DNA of 63,991 nt, filler included, from Barthelona sp. PAP020 (taxonomy: Eukaryota): NCBI GenBank assembly GCA_040182905.1. It is 14 parts of 14 records of this genome, joined end to end, with 100 filler letters (N's around TTAATTAATTAA, not from the genome) between each part and the next. Parts side by side here need not be neighbours in the genome. Positions count along the whole stretch, not along the records: positions 52,048 to 56,529 come from JARQWU010000665.1; positions 56,630 to 61,098 come from JARQWU010000666.1; positions 61,199 to 63,991 come from JARQWU010000789.1; 11 more parts are not named here. One strand, written 5' to 3'. The notes under the pieces were generated by a model. That model was not told the origin of the DNA and did not search any database. It saw nothing but the letters and a program-made list of their open reading frames with translations. The stretch's first letter is position 1, and the number at the start of each line of letters is the position of its first letter. The position numbers and the translations under genes are program-made. Shown here one piece after another: positions 54,061 through 63,991 of this stretch.

Positions 54061-56529
54061 TTGATATTTTCATTTGTTTTTGTATTTATTTTCTTTTATA
54101 AAAATGTTTATTTTAACATTATTTTGCAAAACATCATAGTCACACTTTTTTATTATATTTCGTCTTCAAATTCACATAAATTTCTATTTGATGACTTATA
54201 TTTGCATTTTATTGATAGTTTTGCCACTGCCACCTTTATTTTATCGGTAATTTTACCTCAATTAGATTTGTCTTGTTCTATTATTGTTGCTCTACAGTTC
54301 CTTTTCAATCCAATTCTTTTTAAGTTGTTTAGATTGGGTTTTATATTTCGATACGATCATGCTTCAATTTTCATTCATTTTGCTGTGGTTTTATGGTTTT
54401 TCAAGTTGCATTGGCAGGCACAAACGATTACTGATAAGAGGGTTTTTGAGGAAAATCGACAATTGTTGGAGTTTTTTTTTGAGATTTTGTTGAAGTTGAT
54501 GTCTTCTTGTGACAAAGTAATTTTGTCACTTTTTGCAAGAAAAAATGAGAATTTCAAGTTTTGTGATGAAGAAAGTCTGGAAGATAAACAAAATAATGTT
54601 GAATTTAGCAAATTAATGGAAAACACTTTGCAGTTGTTAAACCAAAAATATCTTTGTAACGTAACAAATGGTATTATCGCAGTGATTCATTTTGGCACTG
54701 TTGATTCAAACATGAAGAATGGTAACGAAGACAATCAATTTGAGAATTATCATATGATTTCAAGATTGATTGAACAAAATGGGTTTTTATCCACAAATTT
54801 TATTGGTTCTCAAATAATAATTGTAAAAAGTCCTTTTTGTGATTTTATTAGACAACGTTCTCAGTCATTTTCTGGAGTTTTCAATTCAAATACAGAACGA
54901 AGCTCTTCAGATTTTCGTCAGGCCATATATCTTGACAACAATTCAAATTGTAGTGATAAAAATGTGGAATTGTTGAAATTACTAAGTGAAAATTTGAAAA
55001 AATATTATTTTTCGGACAATTACATTGAAGTGTTTCAATCAAAATGTGAATTTGACTGTGAGATTCTTCAAGCAATGTTAGGCCTTATTTCAACAGTCAT
55101 TTCAATGACTCCAGAGACTATTCGATTCAAAGTCTCCATTCATTGTGGAGACTTTGCATTTACTTATTATGGGAATACCAAAAGTAGCTTCAGTGTTACT
55201 GGAAAAGTGATTGATGAAGCCATTTCAATGCTATCGTTTTGTGACTTTGGTCAAATTATATTTCCTTCAACTATTAATGAATGTGTTTCATGGTTTGAAG
55301 GATATCAGTTGGAATTAGTTCAAAATAAAAAGAAACATGCAGATTATGTGTATTATTTGAGTGATATCAGTTTGTTTCAAGAGATCATGAAGGATCATTT
55401 GATTGATTTGCAAACTTCTAAAATGATTGTTGTTGAAGTGGATATGGTTTCAAAACTTTTTAATGATCATCCAAATCCAGAAAATTTAGAGAAAATTGAT
55501 GAGTTTTTCAATCTATCATCCACAGTAATTAAGCACTTTTCTAAGTCAAGTCAAGGACAACAAGACCCTTTAACTCATTATTTAAGGGGTTTATGTGCCC
55601 ACAAAACGTATAAATACAATGAATTTACTTGTATGAAATTGAACTTATTACAAACGGTCAATCTATTTGTATATATTGTATTTTTCGTCCTTAATGACAA
55701 GTGCATTATTCAAGAAGTTTATTTTTATTGCTTTTGTTTTGTTTTATTCGTATTTCATTTGTTTATCACATTCAAATTTTTTCCAAACTTTTCAAAAGTT
55801 TTTGATAATACAATTCAAATGTTAATTTCTGTTTTTGTTCCTTTAATGATATTGTTGAAAGCCATAAATATAAATCAGTTGGAGGATTCATATGCTGCGG
55901 CTATAATTGGAAGCTGTATTTTGACTTACAAACAATCCCTATTATCAGTGATGTATGAAAATAAACTTAATCTGGCAAGTAGTTCATATCTACCTATTTT
56001 GGCAACAACAACGGTATTAACCATCTTTGTTTTTGTTATCTTTTTTTATCCTTTTAAAATACACATGATATATTCTGTTCCATCATTCTCTTGTTTTTTT
56101 TACACAATTATATCCTTCACTTTAAAGATAGAGGATCATTTTGGCAATCTGAAAGAACAGCAATTATACATGCAGACAATTGAAAAAAAAATTTATTATT
56201 ACATCCCCAAGAGCCTGTTCCTTAATTGTCTTTTTCAACCATTCTTTGATAATAGACAAAGATGTGATAAACGTTTTTGCAATGCTATATTGTTTGTTGT
56301 ACATCTTAAGATTGTTCAAGATTCACAATCACAACTATCTTTAGAAAGTGTTGAAACTATCGATTTTAACGTTCATAACATAATTGACAATGAAGTTTCC
56401 CGGTATAAATCAATCATTTGTTTTGGGAATCATGGCAACACTTGGTTCTTTTGTTCTATTTTTGAAAATTTTGTGGATGGGGAATTTATTGCCACCTATA
56501 AGAATCCTCGCCTGAATGAATTGATTCCC
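54061..56529 (+). CDS. Membrane protein with degenerate class III nucleotide cyclase domains (3' truncated, start uncertain)
   Basis: TM block, cyclase-like KVSIHCGD...GNTKSSFSVTGKVIDEA...GQI, second TM block, then the start of a second cyclase-like domain. Confidence 0.65.
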
Positions 56530-57040
56530 NNNNNNNNNNNNNNNNNNNNNNNNNNNNNNNNNNNNNNNNNNNNTTAATTAATTAANNNNNNNNNNNNNNN
56601 NNNNNNNNNNNNNNNNNNNNNNNNNNNNNTTTTTTTTTTTTTTCAAAATTTTTTTTTTTTTTTTAATTTTTTTTTTTTAATAAAAAATTACAATTTTTTA
56701 TTTTTTTTTTTTTTTTTTTTTTGTTTGGATTTATTATTGATCTTTAAAATTGTTATAAAAAAACTGTGTTTATCATTTGAGCCAAATTACTTTGTGCATG
56801 AAGAAGATTTTTATAAAGACATGACAGTTTTCTAAATCAAATGAATTTCCAATCCAAATTTTCAAATCTTTTACTTACTACCCTTAAGTTATTAAATATT
56901 AATCTTTTACAAAATTTAAATGAATGGATTCAAAACAACAATTTTTACCCGCTAATAACAAGTTGAATTTTTTGACCATTTTTTGGTTTTTTAAACTTTA
57001 AAACATCTAAATATTGATATATTTATATTAATAACTCAAA

Positions 57041-57454
57041 ATGAATTCAACAATAGTTCTGTCACCTTCTAGATGTCATTCCTTAACAACAAATGACATA
57101 TCTTTGAGCTTATTTAACGACAATTCTTCAAATAGAATTCAGTTATCACCACCAGCAAAACGCTCAAATGCTTCTCCCTTTTCAAAATCCGAGATCAACA
57201 ATGAAAATACGAAAGGAGTGCTTTTAAAGCCTAAAGTATTGCGATTAAATCAAGATTTGAAAAAAAGATTAGCTCAAGATGCACTGATTGAAGAATTTGT
57301 TGATGGAATCGTTGATAACAGAAAAAAAAAATTATATAATCAAATGGCCAAACGAATAAAACTTAAAATTGTGCCAAAACATGATATAATTAAAAGAGAA
57401 AATGATTTGTATAATGGTTCAGAACAACGTGTTATTTTTAAACATAAGTTTTAG
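57041..57454 (+). CDS. Hypothetical protein
   Basis: 137-aa ATG-initiated ORF flanked by AT-rich DNA. Confidence 0.55.
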   Translation: MNSTIVLSPSRCHSLTTNDISLSLFNDNSSNRIQLSPPAKRSNASPFSKSEINNENTKGVLLKPKVLRLNQDLKKRLAQDALIEEFVDGIVDNRKKKLYNQMAKRIKLKIVPKHDIIKRENDLYNGSEQRVIFKHKF

Positions 57455-57864
57455 AGTTTCTTCTTTTTACGTTTTAATATGAAACTTTAAATTGTTGAAA
57501 TTTTTAGGTAGTTATTTTGTATTAGTTTGTTATTAATCATTTTGAAAACTTGTACCTTTCAAAAATGGTTTATTTCGGTAACATAAATGTTATTCACTTT
57601 TATTTTGTTTGATGTAAATATCATGTTGTTCTTTTGAAAAGAACGAATGGCATTAATATATAAATGAATTGAAATGCTTCTATTTTGTAAAAAGAAAAGA
57701 AAACTTGTGTAAACATTTATCAACAAAAGAATGAAATATTTCATCAAAACAATTATTTAGAAAAAAACAATATGTTCTCGAAATTAAAATAAGAGGTGAA
57801 AGGAATCACTCAAAAAATTAAAAAACTCAACGGTCAAACTTGTGAACGAAACAAACCAAAATTC

Positions 57865-59742
57865 CTAATTGAAGTCAATGGAAAGTTCGATTTTTTCATT
57901 GTCACCAAGAACATCGGTTTTACAACCATCAGAAAACAACAGATCTTCATCCATGTCACAACAACTTTTATCAGCGCCATACTCCAGTAGCATTTTGACA
58001 ATATCAAGATGACCTTCTTGACAACTAATGAATAAAGAGGAATATCCTTCTTCATTACACAAATTAACATCAGCTCCACTGTCCAAGAGCATATTGGCAA
58101 CATCAAGATGACCAAAGTAACAACTAACATACAATGGAGAAGCACCCTTATTGTTGCACAAACTAATATCAGCGCCATGATCCAATAGCATTTTGGCAAC
58201 TTCAATATGACCTTCCTGACAACTGATGTACAGTGGAGAAGTTCCACTATCATTACACAAATTAACATCAGCGCCATGATCCAATAGCATTTTGGCAACT
58301 TCAATATGACCTTCTTGACAACTGATGTACAGTGGAGAAGTTCCATTATCATTACACAAATTAACATCAGCACCATGGTCTAATATCAATTCAACCAAAT
58401 CAAAATATCCATAAAAAATGGCTTGATAAAGAGATGTTTCACCTTGATTCTTTTCATTGACATTAAACCCTCTAATAATATAGTCTTCAATTAACTTAAG
58501 ATCACCCTTGAAAATAGCTTGATGAAAATCAATATGTTCATATTCTCTTACAGTAATTTCATGAACTTTGGATGGAAACTCATCAATTATTGGTTTAGAA
58601 CTGATGATTATATTCAATGGAATATCATCTTGAAGTTCATCTTCATCATCACATTCATCGTCATTTCCAATATCTTCATCAAAAATGTTTTTTGTGCTTA
58701 AATCTTTCTGAGATCCATCTTCAATAATTTTCACATTTTCACTAGGATCAATTGTGGTTGAATCATCAAATCTGTCTCCAAATACATAAGATTCGATGTC
58801 TGTGAAAATATTGGTTTCTTTTAATTCATTAACATCTTTTTTCGTAATTTCAGCAACTTTTTTAGGAAATACTGGTTCTATTATAGGACCACAATTATCT
58901 TCAAACAATAAAGATGTTGGAACCGATAATTTAAAAATATTCAACAAGTTTCCAATACTCTTTTCTCCAGGAATATCTTTCAAAAATTCTCGAGTTGTTT
59001 GACCTGAATAACATAAAAAAAGATGAAAAAATAGCAATGCCACAGGAAACCAAAGAACTCCCAACAATAAAATACAATTAATCACTTCAAATAAATATTT
59101 AACATCAAAATCAAACGGAACAAACCCCATAAAACCTAAATAACTGCTTAATAACCAATAAATACATATTAAAAACGCAGTGAGAGAGATATTGAACGCA
59201 TTGAAAAAATAATAATTCCTAATACCAATAATTGTTCCCAACCAAGGACAAATATGATCAAATCGTTGAATACAACTGCCAAAACCATGACTCGATCTGG
59301 GAAATCTATATGTTCTACAAGATGGACATCTTTGAACAATTTCAGATTTACCATCAAATTTAAACTCAAAAAACCAACGAGGCTTTTCAAAATGCTTTAA
59401 ATCATCAATATATTGTTTGGGGATAATACCTGGCTCTGTTAAAGATGAACGAAAGAAAAAATAAATAGTAGCAAAATATGAAAATATGCAGACAATACAG
59501 GAAATGGTTCGATTGTTCCACAAAAAAATAAAAACATTTTCATTATTGATTGGAGCCAAATAAAATCCTCGTATTACTATAATTAAAGGCCAAAGAACAA
59601 TTGGAATCAATGATAATATCCAACGTTTCATGTTTGGTGGAATTACAATCCTTGTATTTCCTAAAAATCTAAATTCGGAATCGCCTAACCTTTCTTGTAA
59701 ACTTATACCTTCACAGCCAATTTTAAAAATTGGTTCTGTCAT
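57865..59742 (-). CDS. DHHC-family palmitoyltransferase variant (DHIC) with C-terminal ankyrin repeats
   Basis: EPGII, CPSC...PRSSH...CIQRFDHICPWLG..IG.RNY, TTREF, four TM segments; about 5 ankyrin repeats follow an acidic linker. Confidence 0.85.
   Translation of the reverse strand: MTEPIFKIGCEGISLQERLGDSEFRFLGNTRIVIPPNMKRWILSLIPIVLWPLIIVIRGFYLAPINNENVFIFLWNNRTISCIVCIFSYFATIYFFFRSSLTEPGIIPKQYIDDLKHFEKPRWFFEFKFDGKSEIVQRCPSCRTYRFPRSSHGFGSCIQRFDHICPWLGTIIGIRNYYFFNAFNISLTAFLICIYWLLSSYLGFMGFVPFDFDVKYLFEVINCILLLGVLWFPVALLFFHLFLCYSGQTTREFLKDIPGEKSIGNLLNIFKLSVPTSLLFEDNCGPIIEPVFPKKVAEITKKDVNELKETNIFTDIESYVFGDRFDDSTTIDPSENVKIIEDGSQKDLSTKNIFDEDIGNDDECDDEDELQDDIPLNIIISSKPIIDEFPSKVHEITVREYEHIDFHQAIFKGDLKLIEDYIIRGFNVNEKNQGETSLYQAIFYGYFDLVELILDHGADVNLCNDNGTSPLYISCQEGHIEVAKMLLDHGADVNLCNDSGTSPLYISCQEGHIEVAKMLLDHGADISLCNNKGASPLYVSCYFGHLDVANMLLDSGADVNLCNEEGYSSLFISCQEGHLDIVKMLLEYGADKSCCDMDEDLLFSDGCKTDVLGDNEKIELSIDFN
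58168..58365. repeat. 99-bp tandem duplication (one ankyrin repeat)
   Basis: 58168-58266 and 58267-58365 differ at about 2 positions. Confidence 0.9.
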
Positions 59743-60214
59743 CAAATCAAGGTAAAAGATAGGAAAAAAAAAAGGGTTGCAAAACATGATTTCATCCACT
59801 CAAATAATATTAATTTCAAATAGTTCTTCTTATGAAAAATTTTTGTTTATTCAAAACAATTTCAAAAAACATTTTGGAGATCATTATTTATCTTTTTTTT
59901 TTATTTACTTTTTGAAAATGTATGTTTTTTGTACCTTTTAACGCTTCAAAATAGTTAACAATTCTTTCAATAATTGTTACGTTATTCAACAAGCGAATAT
60001 TTTGGATTCTCGTATGCCTTTTTGTTTTTTTATCACAATCATGGTCAGTCTGACATCCCAAATTTTTTTATTCATACTTAGAATTTCTTCTAACTAAATT
60101 AGTTGTGTTTTTTGCCAGAATTATTGTTCAATCATAAGCTTTGTTTTCAATTTTTATCAGATGTGACATTAGTAAATACCATACATTTGTTTATTTCTTT
60201 GTCACTGTTTACGG

Positions 60215-60973
60215 ATGTTGTATCCCCACAGAAAATTGAAAAGACAAAAGTATAATGAAGATATCAAAGCACATTTGACTGCAGAAGATATCAGAGCCAG
60301 ACAAAGAGTATTATTACTTTTTTCTTAAACTAATAAATAGGCTTTAGAACGAATTACAAATGACAAAGAATATAGTCATCTTCAAATGGGGAGTCCAGAA
60401 TTTTTTGCAACTCTTAATGATCTGATTGCTTTAGAAAAACGGAGACCATCTGTTGATAAACTAAAGAATGAAAAATCACGATTGGAAAGAAGAAGACACA
60501 CTTTGGCAGTAGTTCAGGGATTGTCAAACATGCATGCTTTTCTCGGTATGGCTACTCATAGTGATGATGAGTTCAGTGATATAGATGAAGAATCTTTATC
60601 ACCCATGATAGATCAACCAGAAATTTTTGCAAGGAGACATTCAATGGTAGATTTACGAGAATTAAGAGAAAGGAAAGATATTCCACATTTTGAAACATTT
60701 GATGAGATCTTTTTAGACAAGGATATGGAAATTGAAAGGCATAAATTACCACCTCTACCCAAAACACCTTTTATTTCGGAGGAAAAAGCAATTGTTGAAA
60801 GTCCAGGGCCTTGTTGTGAGGAAATATGGGAGGCTGGACAACCATTTCAGACTTTTTCACCCACAGAACGTAATTTTCCAGAATCACCAGACAATTTCTA
60901 CTTCGAAAATACTCCAAAACCATCAACTTCAAAGAATTCTGAAATTAATATATCAACTCAACGAACAGTTTAA
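60215..60973 (+). CDS. Hypothetical protein (intron 60308-60340)
   Basis: ATG at 60215. The 33-nt intron GTATTA...ACTAATAAATAG joins in frame to ORF 60386-60973. Contains RRxS/T motifs. Confidence 0.65.
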
Positions 60974-61350
60974 TTGTAAACAAATAGTAAAAGAATCATT
61001 ATTTATTGTTATACTGGCAACTACATACCAAAAGGTAAATAACCACCAGTTTCTGGTTCTACAAGTTCCAAACTGTTAACCATACTGTCTATGGCTTCNN
61101 NNNNNNNNNNNNNNNNNNNNNNNNNNNNNNNNNNNNNNNNNNTTAATTAATTAANNNNNNNNNNNNNNNNNNNNNNNNNNNNNNNNNNNNNNNNNNNNAA
61201 TTAATGTAAAGGAATCTGGTTTATTTTATTAACTAACGAATCAAATAATCCTGAGTACCAGCATCTCGGAATTTAAGGAATAACAAAAGGGGAAAAGTTC
61301 CCTCGGAAAAAAAAAGATAACTTTATTTACAAAGGTTATACATAAAAATC

Positions 61351-63273
61351 TCATTCCAAAGCACCATACATATCCATCATATTGCTTAGAGAATTTGAGT
61401 TACTGGCAAAATTCAAAGGAATGTTGTTATTTGTTGGACGAGAACTTCCTTTCTTAAGTGTAATTTGGGTGATCTTAGTTTTGATTGAATATTGATAAGA
61501 ATCTGCCGTTCTAACGTATCCACCAACCACAATGTATTTGCCTTGTCCATCACATTGAATAAATGAATTGGGAACAGGTCGAACATTATTTTCATGAGTG
61601 AATTCAATCTCCACATTTCCTTGAGAATGCGAAATAAAATATGTGGACCCTTCACCTTTGAAAGTTGTTAAAGAACTATCTTTGCCATCAGTTGCCTTAT
61701 CGAAGAACAATTTGACGGGATTAAAGCTTATTTTTTCAAAAGATCTTTCAAAAGATGAATCATCATTCTCTGGCCTCAAAACATTAAAATTAGCATCCTG
61801 ACTGATAGTAAATACGTGAACCAAAGTATCAGGTCTGTCAATAAAACATCCAACACAACTTTCTGTGGCAGGAGACAGCACTTTAAAAATCCTTCTATTT
61901 GTTTTTGGATTCACATTTTCAATAACGAAAGACAAGTCAGAAATAACACCATTTTGAGCAAAAGCTAAAAATCCACGATTCAATCTATACGAGGCCAATC
62001 TCCTTAACATATTTCCTTCACGATTTGATGGACTTAAGACTAAATTTTCGACAAAAATAAGGTCCTTAGAAGCAGATAATGGTTTAGTTATACAAGTAGC
62101 TCCAAAGAACATCATGTAGTGTCCTAAAGGTAACCAAAACTTACCAGGATGACCTGAAATCAGATGATGCAATCTTTTAGGAAGCATCGATTGAGCTTGA
62201 GTGCGACCATGAGGATCTAATAATTCAACATAGCATTTTCCTCCATCTTCAACAAAATCCGTCATTAAATATGTGTGAATTGGATGAATCGCTTCAGTGG
62301 CTTGTCTTGCATGTTGTGTATAACTAAAAACAGCTCTATTGTGAACAATTGAAGGATCTCTTTGACCTTTAACAAAAAATGCATCTTTCAAAGCTTTTTC
62401 CATTTCTTGTTCAGTAATTCTACAATGAAAACGATCCATGATCGGAGTGGCCATCAAATACTGCAATGCATCTCCAGATCTTCCCCCAATCATGGATTGA
62501 TATGAGCCTTGATAGACAGCAATGGCCTTTTCAATCAACATCCCCCAAAAATTGGAACTATTGGTGCTAACACCAAGAATAGTCGTTTTTGATACAGGCA
62601 CTAAATCATCAACCAAAATATAATGGGGAATACCGTTCTGAAATAAGCGAACTATGGCACAGCCTTTACTGTCCCAATATACAATAGTCTCAACAATTTC
62701 ATCTGGGCATATTTGTGCCACACTCATCAAAGTAGCGATCAAAAAACAATTTCCAACTGCATTTTGCACTAAATCAGTTTCAAAATTAACGGCATTGCAA
62801 GGTTCATTCCCTTCAAAAAATTCAGACAACCTCACAAATCCATAAAAGTCAGGAAGTTCCATGCCATACAATTGATTCGCTACAAATGGACCATTAGCAT
62901 TTGCAATAATATTCTTTAACTCTTCAGGATCTTTTTGTATTACATTAAAAGTTGATAATGTCAAATCTTCAGGAAAATAAACTTTATGAAATTTGGAAGA
63001 ATAAGGTGAAGTGCTATATTGAATTTGATAATTCTTTACAAAATTTCCAAGATGATCATTTGCTCTGTCATTGAATTTTTTAAATTTTCCAAAAATTTTC
63101 CTTTCTCTTGGACGAACAATAAATACTTGAGAAAGTTGCTGGTCGGAATCAATAAATGGAACACGTAAATCCAACGAAAATGTAAAAAAAAATCTGTCAT
63201 TATTCACAGAAGCACCCAATTCCACATAATTTTCATACTCATTGAAAATAAATTCATAATTGGCATCAGACAT
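61351..63273 (-). CDS. Calpain-like cysteine protease (CysPc domain)
   Basis: QNAVGNCFLIA (catalytic Cys), ILVDD.VP, WGMLIEKA.A..GSY...GG, HTY, LLDPHG. Confidence 0.85.
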   Translation of the reverse strand: MSDANYEFIFNEYENYVELGASVNNDRFFFTFSLDLRVPFIDSDQQLSQVFIVRPRERKIFGKFKKFNDRANDHLGNFVKNYQIQYSTSPYSSKFHKVYFPEDLTLSTFNVIQKDPEELKNIIANANGPFVANQLYGMELPDFYGFVRLSEFFEGNEPCNAVNFETDLVQNAVGNCFLIATLMSVAQICPDEIVETIVYWDSKGCAIVRLFQNGIPHYILVDDLVPVSKTTILGVSTNSSNFWGMLIEKAIAVYQGSYQSMIGGRSGDALQYLMATPIMDRFHCRITEQEMEKALKDAFFVKGQRDPSIVHNRAVFSYTQHARQATEAIHPIHTYLMTDFVEDGGKCYVELLDPHGRTQAQSMLPKRLHHLISGHPGKFWLPLGHYMMFFGATCITKPLSASKDLIFVENLVLSPSNREGNMLRRLASYRLNRGFLAFAQNGVISDLSFVIENVNPKTNRRIFKVLSPATESCVGCFIDRPDTLVHVFTISQDANFNVLRPENDDSSFERSFEKISFNPVKLFFDKATDGKDSSLTTFKGEGSTYFISHSQGNVEIEFTHENNVRPVPNSFIQCDGQGKYIVVGGYVRTADSYQYSIKTKITQITLKKGSSRPTNNNIPLNFASNSNSLSNMMDMYGALE

Positions 63274-63991
63274 GATTTTAACTGAAAGAAAAAAAAGATT
63301 CTGTGTTGAAAAAAAGAAAATTGAATTTTTGTTTTCTCAAAGTTAGCATGCTAAAGAAATTTTCAAAGAAAAATATTGCAAAAACGAATGAAATAATACA
63401 AAGACATATAAGACAACAAATTTTTCACAGACAAGTTCAGGGAATCACTTCAATGGTTTTTGATAAGGTTTATAATTCAAACACATTTAAGTTTTCAACA
63501 AAGAAGCAGTTGATTGTTCGAAATATGACTATAAAATATTTGGAAACTTCCAAATTTTTAATTGAACATGAAATCAAACGTTTTGGTCAATTTTAAAGGA
63601 TTAAATACTATTCTATATTCTTAATGTTACAAATCTCTTCTTGATGTCGTGTTAAACTTTCCCTTCGTTTGTTTTCCTTTTTTTTTTTTGCTTTTGTTCA
63701 TTTATTGTTGATAATTGAAAAATATATGATAGAATTAAAAAAAGAAAAGTCATTTAAAAAATAAAAAACAATCGTGAAAAAATTCTTTTTTTATTCAAAA
63801 AAAAAAAAAAAAAATAACAAAAAAAAAAAAAGAAAAAAAAAAAATAAAAAAAAAAATTAAAAAATAAAAAAAAAAAAAAAAAATTGAAAAAAAAAAAAAA
63901 AAAAAAAATGGAAAATACACCAAATATTAAATGCCATTGGTGAATTTAAATGGAGCATAAATAAGCATTGGAAGAACTAAAGCAACAGGTT

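Noticed and set aside
56630..56722. Poly-T tract, and the poly-A tract at about 63797-63908
   Set aside because: Low-complexity or low-quality sequence with no linked element to mark it as a retroposon tail.

Overview
AT-rich eukaryotic (protist) sequence. It is not one locus: 14 unrelated contigs of about 4.5-4.7 kb, ordered by decreasing length, are joined by artificial 100-nt N/TTAATTAATTAA/N linkers. Genes are densely packed and use the standard genetic code. Recognisable products include kinesin-13, a delta/zeta tubulin, NVL, FIGNL1, MAD2, RRP5, UTP25, CK1, GNA1, NTHL1, RPL7, RPS23, RPS30, CCT2, enolase, a PPi-type PEP carboxykinase and two tRNA genes. PPi-PEPCK, a centriolar tubulin and short introns with a fused branch-point/3' splice site (WCTAAY-N4/5-AG) together suggest an anaerobic flagellate, plausibly a metamonad; this is inference. 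Highlights: (1) contig 42776-47364 closes on itself through a 121-bp terminal repeat into a 4468-bp circle or tandem unit, which carries one ~1458-aa CRE-clade-like RT/REL-endonuclease ORF and only 91 bp of non-coding DNA; (2) the same non-coding element starts 25-26 nt downstream of two different tRNA genes (Ser-AGA and Gly-TCC) in the same orientation, suggesting tRNA-gene-targeted insertion; (3) the intron architecture, including an intron that splits the RPL7 start codon; (4) one ankyrin-repeat module is fused to both a kinase and a variant DHIC palmitoyltransferase. All family calls come from motif recognition by eye; no database search was run.
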